This document shows, piece after piece, positions 1 through 8,801 of a stretch of 38,996 nt of DNA. The notes beneath the pieces were generated by a model. That model saw only the letters and a list, made by a program, of their open reading frames with translations, searched no databases and was not told where the DNA came from. Position 1 is the stretch's first letter; every line of letters starts with the position of its first letter. The DNA lies in the IMG/VR virus record IMGVR_UViG_3300030005_000006, positions 1 to 38,996 of that record; one strand, written 5' to 3'. The position numbers and the translations under genes were made by a program. This DNA comes from a virus. Its lineage: Duplodnaviria > Caudoviricetes.

Positions 1-2519
1 GCTTGAAATTAGAAAACAGATAGAAGCCAACGCCACAACACACACTAAAGCTGCTGGCGCTCATCATGCCGCCTCAAAGGTACACAGTGCAGCGGCTAAA
101 GCTATTTCAGACGCAGCACGGGAAGAAGCGCAAGCCGTTAAAAGCCTGCAATCCGCTTATGAAAGCCAAGTTGCCTCGCTATTGGAAGCCAAAGCCACTC
201 AAGCGGACACCAGCGCTACGGCGGCGATGGAATACAAAGTACAGACGGGCGCGCTTAAGGCTCTGTCGGAAGAAAAAAAGCTGTATTTATTGCAACTGAC
301 CGCTGAAAACCAAAACAACGAAAAGGACGCCAAAGCCAAAAAGACCCAAGCCGACGCGCTGGCCGCCCTGGTCAGCCAATACAACCAACTCACCTTATCG
401 GCACGGGACTATTATCGACTCACATTAACCGCGAGCGGCATAGCGCCCAACCAGCAAGCGCCCATCATGGCGCAGTATGATAAGAATGCCGCCAAAACAT
501 CCGAAACAGCCAGCATTGCCAAGGATGCCGACGCCTTAAAGTCTTATGTTGCCGCCTTAGACCAGGCCAAGGTAAAAACCAGCGACTTGGGCGCTATCAC
601 CTCAGGCGTTTTTGATGGCGCATTAGGGGGAATCAATGCCATGGCCGGGGCTTTTGACCTGATGGTTAATTCCATTGTCGCAAATACTGCTGCCCTGGCC
701 GAAAATGCCAGGATGCAGAAATTAAACGAAGCTAACCCCAAGGCCATTGATTACCAGAAAAACAAAATTAAGCTGTCGAATGATGAAGCCACGCTTGAAA
801 AAGGCAACTTAAATTCAACGCTGACCGGGATGCGGCAAATTTCAGCAGGCGCGGCAACTATGTTTGACCAGCGCAGTAGCGCCGCCAAAGCCTTTAACGC
901 GCTGTCTGAAGTCTTGGCCGTTGCTCAGATGGCAATGAGCGTGAAAGCTATGGCCGTCGATTATGCGAAAGCAGGAACCGGCGTTATGGCGGGCGCAGCG
1001 GAGATGTTCGCTCAATCCGGCTGGGCAGGCTTCGCAGGGGTGGCGGCTATGTTGGCGGTAATGGCAAGCCTTGGGTTTTCCAGTAGCGGAAGCAGTGGGG
1101 GCGCTATGACGGAAGCGCAAAAAGCAGCGACAGCTGGCGGGGGAACCTCGCTTGGCGATCCGCTTAAGCTATCGGAAAGCATCAATAATTCACTGACCCT
1201 GTTAAACGACATTAATGCGGCGCAGTACCGTGAATTGATTGGCATTAATAACGGCATTAAAGACCTCTCAAACGCCATTACCAAAACCATAACCGATATT
1301 TTCAAAACGGGTGGTCTGACCAGTATATCCATTACAGGCGGTACACAGTTTAACGGCATAGGCGCTTCGCTGAGTAAAGTATCTAACTCGCTGGATATGC
1401 TATCTATGAAAATACCCTTGATTGGCGGCTGGATTCAAAAAATAACTGATTCCATCATCGGCGGGCTGTTTGGCACGACAACCAAGGCTGTAATCGCTAC
1501 GGGAATTGCAACCAGCGGTATTAATGTGGGGGCATTGCTGGATGGAACCACCTTGCAATCTTTTCAAGCAGACGTTATTTCGACCATAACGAAAAGCTGG
1601 TTTTCTAAAAAAACCAGTTATTCATTGCAGCTTTCAAAACTGGGCGATGATATTGCCAGTTCTTTAAACGCCGTCCTGCATAGCGCCGTTTCAACCATGA
1701 TGGGCGTTGCCCAGGAACTTGGCGGGGGGATGGAGCAAAAGTTACGCGCTTATATGATACCGTCCATATCAGTCGATTTAAAAGGCTTGAGTGGCGAAGA
1801 CGCCGCAAAGAAATTGAACAATGTGATTAGCGCGGCGTTGGATAATATGGCCGCCAGCGTATTCGGAAGCTTGGTGGGTAAATACCAGCAACTTGGCGAA
1901 GGCATGTTGGAGACCGCTGTACGGGTTGTCGCAGAGGTCGCCATCGTCAAAGACGCCTTCTCAGTGTCACGGCAAACCATTGGCCGTGATGCCTTGGCGA
2001 TTGCCGATGGCATTGTGCAATTCGTGGGTGGGCTCAAAGAGTTCCAGGACCAGTTTGGCGTCTATCTCGATAAGTTTAATGGCGACCGTGAGAAAGTAAT
2101 CAGGCAGCATAAACAACTGGCCGACCAGATGAAAAGCGTCGACCTGGCCTTGCCAAAAACCCGCGAAGGCTACCGGCTATTGCTAGAGTCATTGGACATG
2201 ACCAACCACGCCAATATTGAGCGCTATGCCATGCTCATTAAATTAAGCACGGCTGCCGATGCGTATTATTCAGCGCAAGCCAGCCTTGCCAAGTTCAGAA
2301 AGGATCAGGAAATAGCGCTGATGGAAGCGCAAGGCCGTACTTTGGCGGCATTAAATGCCAAGCGCCAACAGGAAATTGACGCCCTCGACAAACGCTACCA
2401 ATGGCAACAAAAGCTCATCAACGCGACACAAGATGTCAGCGATGCTTATGCCAAGGCTGAAAGCGTATTGACCAGCATTAAAACCCAGTTTGACGGCATT
2501 GCCGATAAATTAAAGGCGT
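1..2519 (+). repeat. Diverged direct repeat, copy 1 (partner 36598-38996)
   Basis: 1-102 identical to 36598-36699; 2393-2519 identical to 38870-38996; interior has many synonymous changes and in-frame indels. Confidence 0.97.
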
Positions 2520-3499
2520 TCAGGATTTCGTTAAGCCTTGGGGCCTTGTCGGCCTTGCCCAAGCCTGTGCAGTATGCCCAAGCACTCGGCCTGTTTAATG
2601 AAAATATCGCTAAAATAGCCTTGGGGTTAGGAACGACAGTCGACAGCCAGAACCGTTATGCTAAATCACTGGAGGCCCTGGAAGGCAACACCACCGCACT
2701 TTTAACCGCGTCCATGGCGCATTCAGCCACGGCGGTAGACTATGCAAGGGACTATGCCAAGGCCATGGCGGCGGTCAGCAATGCGGAAACCGGGGCTAAA
2801 GCTGTTAGTACCGATGCGCAGAAGCAGTTAACCGAATTAAAATCTTCAGTAAAAGGCTTGATAGCCATCAATAAATCGGTGTTATCCGTCCATGATGCCG
2901 TTAAAGGCGTACAGGCCGCCATTGTCGTGCTGGTTGGCGTGCAGGCCGGTAAAGCCGCCGCTGATGCCGCGCAAAGAGCCGCCGATGCCAACCAGGGCTA
3001 TAAAGTTTCTGAGGGGCATATGCCCCCGCCAACCCCGCCTGTTGGGGATGAACCCTATGCCTGGATTGCCATGTGGCAACAACGGATTGCACAATATAGG
3101 GCTGGGGTTATACCCCAAGCCATGCTCATGGCGTTATATAATGCTGAAACAGCCAAAGGCCGGCATGATGTCGATACCTTATGGAATGGCGGCAGGCTGC
3201 AAGGCTATGAAAAAGGCGTTAATTACGTCCCCAAAGACATGCAGGCCAATATCCACGAAGGGGAGCGGATCATCCCGGCGGCGGATAATAAGTTGCTGAT
3301 GGCGCGGCTGATGGAACCGCCTGAAACCAACACAGCCAGCTTGGCCTTGCTCGAAGAAATCAGGGCGTTAAGGGCGGAGGTTAACTATCTTCGTGATGAT
3401 GTCAGGCGGGGGGATGCCGCCAATGCCAGCGCCACCAAGGAAACCACCCGGCAACTCAAACAATGGGATATTGACGGCATGCCCGCCACCACCGTATGA
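2..3499 (+). CDS. Tail tape measure protein, allele A (5'-truncated by window edge)
   Basis: Long Ala-rich helical ORF open from base 2; hydrophobic segment GWAGFAGVAAMLAVMASLG; C-terminal motif GYEKGVNYVPKDMQANIHEGERIIP; N-terminus is found at 35516. Confidence 0.92.
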   Translation, partial: LEIRKQIEANATTHTKAAGAHHAASKVHSAAAKAISDAAREEAQAVKSLQSAYESQVASLLEAKATQADTSATAAMEYKVQTGALKALSEEKKLYLLQLTAENQNNEKDAKAKKTQADALAALVSQYNQLTLSARDYYRLTLTASGIAPNQQAPIMAQYDKNAAKTSETASIAKDADALKSYVAALDQAKVKTSDLGAITSGVFDGALGGINAMAGAFDLMVNSIVANTAALAENARMQKLNEANPKAIDYQKNKIKLSNDEATLEKGNLNSTLTGMRQISAGAATMFDQRSSAAKAFNALSEVLAVAQMAMSVKAMAVDYAKAGTGVMAGAAEMFAQSGWAGFAGVAAMLAVMASLGFSSSGSSGGAMTEAQKAATAGGGTSLGDPLKLSESINNSLTLLNDINAAQYRELIGINNGIKDLSNAITKTITDIFKTGGLTSISITGGTQFNGIGASLSKVSNSLDMLSMKIPLIGGWIQKITDSIIGGLFGTTTKAVIATGIATSGINVGALLDGTTLQSFQADVISTITKSWFSKKTSYSLQLSKLGDDIASSLNAVLHSAVSTMMGVAQELGGGMEQKLRAYMIPSISVDLKGLSGEDAAKKLNNVISAALDNMAASVFGSLVGKYQQLGEGMLETAVRVVAEVAIVKDAFSVSRQTIGRDALAIADGIVQFVGGLKEFQDQFGVYLDKFNGDREKVIRQHKQLADQMKSVDLALPKTREGYRLLLESLDMTNHANIERYAMLIKLSTAADAYYSAQASLAKFRKDQEIALMEAQGRTLAALNAKRQQEIDALDKRYQWQQKLINATQDVSDAYAKAESVLTSIKTQFDGIADKLKAFRISLSLGALSALPKPVQYAQALGLFNENIAKIALGLGTTVDSQNRYAKSLEALEGNTTALLTASMAHSATAVDYARDYAKAMAAVSNAETGAKAVSTDAQKQLTELKSSVKGLIAINKSVLSVHDAVKGVQAAIVVLVGVQAGKAAADAAQRAADANQGYKVSEGHMPPPTPPVGDEPYAWIAMWQQRIAQYRAGVIPQAMLMALYNAETAKGRHDVDTLWNGGRLQGYEKGVNYVPKDMQANIHEGERIIPAADNKLLMARLMEPPETNTASLALLEEIRALRAEVNYLRDDVRRGDAANASATKETTRQLKQWDIDGMPATTV

Positions 3500-5022
3500 A
3501 ATTTATCAAACCCGTCCCGATTATAGAAACCGGTACCTTTGCCCGTGCTACAACCGGCGCGTGGTTTGACGAGTTCGGTGTTTTACAAACCGCCGCTATA
3601 AATACAGTGCGCAGCTCATATGAGCCTGAAGTTAGACTGTTATTGGAACCTTCGGCCACCAACCTGCTAACGTACAGTGAAGATTTTACCCACTGGACGG
3701 GACCGGCTACGCTAGGGACAGCCAACACGGTGAACGGGATTACTTTAGCGCTGGTGTCAGACACTGACGCAGCAATCGCACAATATAGGTTAAAAGACAC
3801 AACAGTACCCAACGACAGCGCAACCTATCGGGTTTCGCTATTTTTGAAGCAGTCAGACACTGACAACCTGGCAAAAATATACATTCAATTTATAAACGGA
3901 GCGCCGGCGGTCCAGCAAATTACCATCAATTTTGATGCTAAAACGGCTATCTCACAGAGTGGGGTAGGATTTGTTTTTAGGGAGGTTGCCACCGGCCTCT
4001 TCAGGCTTGAGGCATACGCTATTAACAACAGCACAGGCAACACGGTTTTGCGTGTTGTTGTCTACCCTTGCCCATCATCCGGCACGCAAACGGCTTCTGT
4101 TTATGCCGGTGGCGCTCAGGTTGAGCTTGGGAATTACACCACCTCGTATATAAAAACCATGTCCGCTGCCGTGACCCGCTACGCCGACATCAACACCACC
4201 ATGATGCTAGGGTCGGTGACTGAACCTTACGGGACTGAAGTAGTCTGGAACGCGGCAACCGCCTATACCGTCGGCATGCAATGCATCCTGACAGCCACCC
4301 ATAAAATTTATGAATGCGCGATTGCCAATACCAACTTTATCCCGTCATCGAACATCACCGGCACCTCGCCGAAATGGTTCGTGGTGGGCGCAACCAACCG
4401 ATGGCGCGTTTTCGATGAGGTGTATGGATCAACCTCAGACATACCCAGCGTCCTCGGCTTTATCATAACCCCGTATGTCGCTGCCGATAGCCTGGCTTTA
4501 TTGAATATCAAAGCCGATACCGTCACCGTCGTGGTAACGGACGTAGGCCCGGTTGTGACCTTGGTTAAAACCTTCGTTTTAACGGGGTTAAGCGACTTTA
4601 TCATCAGTGACCTCGGGATGACAGCGACCAGTTCAATCACGATTCAATTAAGGGTTGCAACCGGCAATGTCAGGCTAGGAAAGTTAGTTCTCGGCTCAAA
4701 ATTTGAGCTGGGTACTACGCAATACGGTGTTAAAACCGGTATCAACGATTACTCAACAAAAACCATTGATGCCTGGGGCGGTACTACCATCGTCAAGCGC
4801 CGCTACTCCAAGCGGCAAAACGTCAACCTCGTTATCGATAACGCCCGGGTTGACCTGGTCTACAATACCCTGGCCGCGTACCGGTCTACGCCTCTGGTAT
4901 GGATCGGCGCGGATAATCTTTATTCCATGATGATCCAGTACGGGTATTATCAGAGCTTTGAAATTGATGTCCAATATTATTTAGAAAGTTACTGCACGTT
5001 GGAAATTACAGGATTGACCTAA
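3496..5022 (+). CDS. Tail-tip (distal tail-like) protein with inserted carbohydrate-binding-type domains
   Basis: Overlaps tape measure stop (ATGA); motifs TFARATT..LLLEPSATNLLTYSEDF and WNAATAYTVG typical of virion glycan-binding modules; conserved C-terminal DYSTKTIDAWG..RRYSKR block. Confidence 0.7.
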   Translation: MKFIKPVPIIETGTFARATTGAWFDEFGVLQTAAINTVRSSYEPEVRLLLEPSATNLLTYSEDFTHWTGPATLGTANTVNGITLALVSDTDAAIAQYRLKDTTVPNDSATYRVSLFLKQSDTDNLAKIYIQFINGAPAVQQITINFDAKTAISQSGVGFVFREVATGLFRLEAYAINNSTGNTVLRVVVYPCPSSGTQTASVYAGGAQVELGNYTTSYIKTMSAAVTRYADINTTMMLGSVTEPYGTEVVWNAATAYTVGMQCILTATHKIYECAIANTNFIPSSNITGTSPKWFVVGATNRWRVFDEVYGSTSDIPSVLGFIITPYVAADSLALLNIKADTVTVVVTDVGPVVTLVKTFVLTGLSDFIISDLGMTATSSITIQLRVATGNVRLGKLVLGSKFELGTTQYGVKTGINDYSTKTIDAWGGTTIVKRRYSKRQNVNLVIDNARVDLVYNTLAAYRSTPLVWIGADNLYSMMIQYGYYQSFEIDVQYYLESYCTLEITGLT

Positions 5023-5517
5023 ATGAAAAGAATAATTATTGAATACACCCCCCCCGAGGCAAACCAAGCGGGTATTTTTCACCTGCCGCAAAGCGCCATT
5101 GCGATTCAGTACGAGGGTAAACTCTACATAGATTATATCGTTGACAGTGCCACAGAATCACCGGCAGGCGCGTACTATATAGGCGAGATGTTAGCTGATG
5201 GTAGCGTCGTCGATACCGTCGGCAATGCCAGCGAATTTCCGCATGTTTTCGCAGGCTGGGACCGAAAAACCCCGGACGCTGAACTCATGGCAGCCGTATC
5301 GATTACGCCCCGCCAGGCACGGTTGATCTTGTTGGAACATGGTTTTTTAGATGCCGTTGAGGCGATGGTTGCCCAGCAACCGGAATCCGTCAGGATTCAA
5401 TGGGAATACGCCATCGATATAAAGCGCAATGACCCTTTAGTTTGCGCGTTACTTGAAGGCATGGGACAAACACCGGAGCAAATAGACACGCTGTTTATGC
5501 TCGCTAAAACCTTGTAA
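5023..5517 (+). CDS. Tail fibre-associated (chaperone-like) protein
   Basis: C-terminal SITPRQARLIL..IQWEYA..R.DPLV..IDTLF pattern common after phage fibre genes. Confidence 0.55.
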   Translation: MKRIIIEYTPPEANQAGIFHLPQSAIAIQYEGKLYIDYIVDSATESPAGAYYIGEMLADGSVVDTVGNASEFPHVFAGWDRKTPDAELMAAVSITPRQARLILLEHGFLDAVEAMVAQQPESVRIQWEYAIDIKRNDPLVCALLEGMGQTPEQIDTLFMLAKTL

Positions 5518-5521
5518 CGCC

Positions 5522-5884
5522 ATGCAAGAAACCTCAGACCCCAGCACCTGGCCAGTAGTCACCTGGGTCATCGCCTTAAGCATGGCCTTAAGCGGTGGCT
5601 TGATCAACTGGCTTGGAAACAGCAAGTCCATCAAGGACGGGCACTTTAAAATATTCGAGTTGTTTGGTGAACTCTTCACCTCTGGCTTTGTTGGTGTGGG
5701 TATTTTTATGCTCACCGATTCAGTAGGACAACCCATGGGTGTGAGTGCCGCCTGTGCTGGAATCGGGGGACATATGGCGACACGTTTCCTGTTCCTGGTT
5801 GAGCGTATTATCGAGTCCAGATTGTTGAAGGCCAGTGTTGATGTTGAGAAAGACGATGTCAAAACAAACTTGCTAGATAAGTGA
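5522..5884 (+). CDS. Holin (LydA-like)
   Basis: 120 aa with about 3 hydrophobic segments, GELFTSGFVG and AGIGGHM motifs, charged C-terminus; last gene of the late operon. Confidence 0.8.
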   Translation: MQETSDPSTWPVVTWVIALSMALSGGLINWLGNSKSIKDGHFKIFELFGELFTSGFVGVGIFMLTDSVGQPMGVSAACAGIGGHMATRFLFLVERIIESRLLKASVDVEKDDVKTNLLDK

Positions 5885-5904
5885 TAAAACAAGCCTTGGA
5901 ATAC

Positions 5905-5929
5905 GGACGCCTGGCGCGTCCTTTTTTTT
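5905..5929 (+). terminator. Rho-independent terminator of the late operon
   Basis: GGACGC-ctggc-GCGTCC followed by T8. Confidence 0.88.
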
Positions 5930-5942
5930 GCCTGAAATATAG

Positions 5943-5963
5943 TGAAGCAATAATGAAGCAATT
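5943..5963. repeat. Putative integrase arm-type sites
   Basis: TGAAGCAATA twice in tandem about 100 bp left of the att core; related TAAGCACTA at about 6171 on the right arm. Confidence 0.5.
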
Positions 5964-6035
5964 ATTGCTTTTTATGATGCTTAATCATGAATACTAATAA
6001 ATTAATAACTTTATAAATATCAATAAACTACGATT

Positions 6036-6048
6036 TAACTAATTGATA
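6036..6048 (-). promoter_or_regulatory. IHF site, left att arm
   Basis: Minus strand TATCAATTAGTTA matches WATCAANNNNTTR. Confidence 0.6.
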
Positions 6049-6062
6049 AACAATCTATGTCG

Positions 6063-6112
6063 TGGGATTCATAACCCCGGGGTCGGTGGTTCAAGTCCAC
6101 CTATCGCCACCA
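6063..6112 (+). other. att core: 3' part of tRNA-Met(CAT) (attP-type junction; not a complete tRNA)
   Basis: Anticodon arm TGGGA-TTCATAA-CCCCG, T arm GGTGG-TTCAAGT-CCACC, acceptor strand TATCGCC-A-CCA; no 5' half upstream; next to the integrase. Confidence 0.9.
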
Positions 6113-6115
6113 TAA

Positions 6116-6128
6116 AATCAAAGGGTTA
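6116..6128 (+). promoter_or_regulatory. IHF site, right att arm
   Basis: AATCAAAGGGTTA matches WATCAANNNNTTR. Confidence 0.6.
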
Positions 6129-6222
6129 AGAAATTCTAAAATAAATAACCGTGGCATAAAAAGCATTCTGTAAGCACTAAGGAAAATTTACAGTTATTTT
6201 TTTTGCGTTTATATTTTCTCTC

Positions 6223-7422
6223 TTGGCTAATATTTTGGAGAAAGTAATCGCCACATTCACCCAAAAAAAAACAGGCTGGTATTGCCAAGTCAGGCGTAAG
6301 GGACATAAAAGCATTGGACGCACGTTTAACACCAAAGGCGATGCCGAACGATGGGCTTTAAAAATTGAATCCGATATGGGTATCGGTGTCTACCAGGACA
6401 ATCGCGAAACCCTGTCAACCTCATTGGCCGAATGCCTGGATCGTTATGCATCTGAAATAATGCCGTTAAAAAAGGGCGCGGTTCGGGAAAAATACCGTAC
6501 TGCTCTTTGGAAAAAAAGTCACTTGGCAGGTAAGGGGATAGGCACTATCAGACAAGTTGATATGGCTATATGGCGTGATACACGGCTTTCCGAAGGTATC
6601 AGTGGAAGTACGGTAACAAAAGACCTGGCTTTCCTGTCCCATGTGTTCACTATTGCTATAAAGGAATGGGGGATGCCACTGATTAATCCGGTTGCCATGA
6701 TACGGCTACCTAAACCCAATAGCTCACGGGATCGGCGCTTATACGAAGGCGAGGAACAACTGATATTAAATAATTGCTCCGCAGAATTAAAAGCCTATGT
6801 CACGCTAGCCATTGAAACCGCGATGCGGCGCGGGGAGCTGGTTGGACTTCAGCGTAAATGGATCAGGGGAAAAGTGGCTTATTTACCGGAAACGAAAGGG
6901 GGGGTATCGCGTGACGTACCCTTATCAACCGAGGCGCTTAAAGCGATTAACAGCTTGCCACTTCGGTTGGATGGCCGATTGTTTGAGTTTCAGGCTGACC
7001 ATTACAGCAAGGCGTTTTTAAAAGCATGTCGTAAAGCGGGTATTACGGGGTTGAATCTTCATGACTTACGCCATGAGGCACTTTCAAGGATGGCCGAGAA
7101 AGGGCTTTCTATTCTGGAATTAAAAGCTATTGGTGGCCATAAGACCGTTGAAATGCTGTCTAAATATGTGCGGTTGAATCCAGACGATCTAGCTAACAAG
7201 CTGGGTGGCCGTCCACGTTTCTTTCCTGAAGCCAGCATAGCGCCATCACCGAGCTTTTCAGACCATTCGACCAATTCAGAATGCCGCCATAGAACCCGAG
7301 TACCTACACGCACGGGCTTAGGGAATCTTCCCTCGATCACCAGACGGTTAATCGTGCTGATACTGAGCGATACCGCCGAGACTGTTTCTTCTTTATCAAG
7401 CAATATTTTAAGCATAGTCTAA
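6223..7422 (+). CDS. int: Tyrosine integrase (Rci/HP1-like); conserved part about 6247-7206
   Basis: Catalytic residues R (TAMRRGEL), K (ETKGG), HxxR (HDLRH), H (GGHKT), Y (SKYV); N-terminal GWYCQVRRKG; start and stop are anomalous (see findings). Confidence 0.95.
   Translation: MANILEKVIATFTQKKTGWYCQVRRKGHKSIGRTFNTKGDAERWALKIESDMGIGVYQDNRETLSTSLAECLDRYASEIMPLKKGAVREKYRTALWKKSHLAGKGIGTIRQVDMAIWRDTRLSEGISGSTVTKDLAFLSHVFTIAIKEWGMPLINPVAMIRLPKPNSSRDRRLYEGEEQLILNNCSAELKAYVTLAIETAMRRGELVGLQRKWIRGKVAYLPETKGGVSRDVPLSTEALKAINSLPLRLDGRLFEFQADHYSKAFLKACRKAGITGLNLHDLRHEALSRMAEKGLSILELKAIGGHKTVEMLSKYVRLNPDDLANKLGGRPRFFPEASIAPSPSFSDHSTNSECRHRTRVPTRTGLGNLPSITRRLIVLILSDTAETVSSLSSNILSIV
7059..7415 (-). CDS. 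xis: Excisionase / AlpA-family recombination directionality factor
   Basis: SLSISTINRLVIEGRFPKPVRVGTRVLWRHSELVEW AlpA signature; convergent on int. Confidence 0.8.
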   Translation of the reverse strand: MLKILLDKEETVSAVSLSISTINRLVIEGRFPKPVRVGTRVLWRHSELVEWSEKLGDGAMLASGKKRGRPPSLLARSSGFNRTYLDSISTVLWPPIAFNSRIESPFSAILESASWRKS

Positions 7423-7470
7423 ATAACCGCTTCTTCAAAAATGTCGGTCTGTGGGTTGTTTTCCAGGCGT

Positions 7471-8160
7471 TTATTCTTTTAAACTACCGAACATATCAAT
7501 CTGATTACCCTTGCCAAAATTAGCCACCAGCGCCATCAGCGCGTTGTGCATTTCCGGTTCCACTCGTACAATTCCATCCTTGCTGTAGCCTTGTAAGTAA
7601 GCCCAACCCTTTTCAGTAATAAATTTTTTATAGACGGGTTTATAGTCGATTTCTATTCTAACCAAGTCTAATACTTCCATCTTTTTAAAAAACTTATGGG
7701 CTTCAAGAGGACTTCCGCCGATGACGCTGGAAATACAATTAGGGTCTTTAGGGATAGAGGTTTTTAGTTTGGCTTGTAGTTCTTCGAGTTGGGCGTGTTC
7801 TTCGGTAACTTTTTTATCGTAGGTTTGAATGACTTCATGGTGGAACTCTACGCTTAACCAAATCGCGTAACTGTATACCAAATCTTTGACCGCATACGTA
7901 CCTGAAAACTCACCACCCTTAATTATTTCGATAGGCTGGATGCCCACACCAAAGTGAGAATTTACACCGTTAATTTCTAAAAAATCGACATACTTTTGAG
8001 CTGTTTTTGTCCTTAGCCAATCGGTCGGTCTATCACTTTCATCAGCCAATCCCATTTTTTTAGCGGCGTTATACAAGTCGGTAAGACTATAGCGGTTATC
8101 GGCATCGACGTTGATGGTTATGCCGTGTATTTGTATTGCGTCATTCATACATTTATCCAC
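7471..8160 (-). CDS. KilA-N domain DNA-binding protein
   Basis: RYSLTDLY..RPTDWLR..GTYAVKDLVYSYAIWLSVEFH KilA-N pattern. Confidence 0.88.
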   Translation of the reverse strand: MDKCMNDAIQIHGITINVDADNRYSLTDLYNAAKKMGLADESDRPTDWLRTKTAQKYVDFLEINGVNSHFGVGIQPIEIIKGGEFSGTYAVKDLVYSYAIWLSVEFHHEVIQTYDKKVTEEHAQLEELQAKLKTSIPKDPNCISSVIGGSPLEAHKFFKKMEVLDLVRIEIDYKPVYKKFITEKGWAYLQGYSKDGIVRVEPEMHNALMALVANFGKGNQIDMFGSLKE

Positions 8161-8172
8161 TGTTCATAAAAA

Positions 8173-8568
8173 TCAATCATACGAATATCCCCTGTTTAAC
8201 AGCGCCGGTCTAAAATTAAGAATCCACCATTTTTTATACCCGGAATAAACAAACGGCTCGGCTTTTCTCTGGATGCAGTACACATCGTCTTCCGATTTTG
8301 AATAAACCGGCTGGCTGACAATTTTAAGCCGCTTTTGACGTTCTTCCGCGTCCCTATAGCCACAATGCTTGATTGGGTTGGTTGCAACCCAGGCCATAAA
8401 CTCGGCTTTGTCATAGGCCTTGATTTGTCGCCCTGTATTTTTGTTTAGCACAAACACGCATGGAGTCGGTATGCGTCCTGCTTTATCCATTTTTGAAATG
8501 GTTCCGTGCGCTACGCCTAAAGCAATGGCGGCTTCTTTGGTGGTTATGCACATGGCGATGTCTATCAA
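8173..8568 (-). CDS. Xis/MerR-like helix-turn-helix protein
   Basis: ITTKEAAIALGVAHGTISKMDKAGRIP. Confidence 0.65.
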   Translation of the reverse strand: MIDIAMCITTKEAAIALGVAHGTISKMDKAGRIPTPCVFVLNKNTGRQIKAYDKAEFMAWVATNPIKHCGYRDAEERQKRLKIVSQPVYSKSEDDVYCIQRKAEPFVYSGYKKWWILNFRPALLNRGYSYD

Positions 8569-8572
8569 CCTC

Positions 8573-8800
8573 TCAAATCCAGCTTTCTATCACGCTGCGA
8601 TGGTCATTTTCTGAACGATTTATTCTAACAAGCTCATGGTCTGAGTAGTTTTGAATCTTTCCCCGCAAGTCCTCAAGCCCTGAAGCTCTCAAAATACTTT
8701 TTGTCGGCTGGTCAAGTTCAAACATTCTTGCCACATACTCATTCGGAAAATCTTTAGGGCTAAAGTAGATTGTCCATATTTCTAATTTTGGTTTTTCCAT
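8573..8800 (-). CDS. Conserved hypothetical phage protein
   Basis: 75 aa, tightly packed in the operon; WTIYFSPKDFP.EYVAR motif. Confidence 0.65.
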   Translation of the reverse strand: MEKPKLEIWTIYFSPKDFPNEYVARMFELDQPTKSILRASGLEDLRGKIQNYSDHELVRINRSENDHRSVIESWI

Positions 8801-8801
8801 A

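Noticed and set aside
1-2519. True direct terminal repeat of the virion DNA
   Set aside because: The copies are diverged with indels, the ends fall inside the tape measure gene, and the terminase type suggests headful packaging
5449-5961. 170-aa minus-strand ORF
   Set aside because: Antisense shadow of the holin gene
6030-6112. Complete tRNA-Met gene
   Set aside because: No acceptor 5' strand or D arm upstream of 6063; it is only the att core
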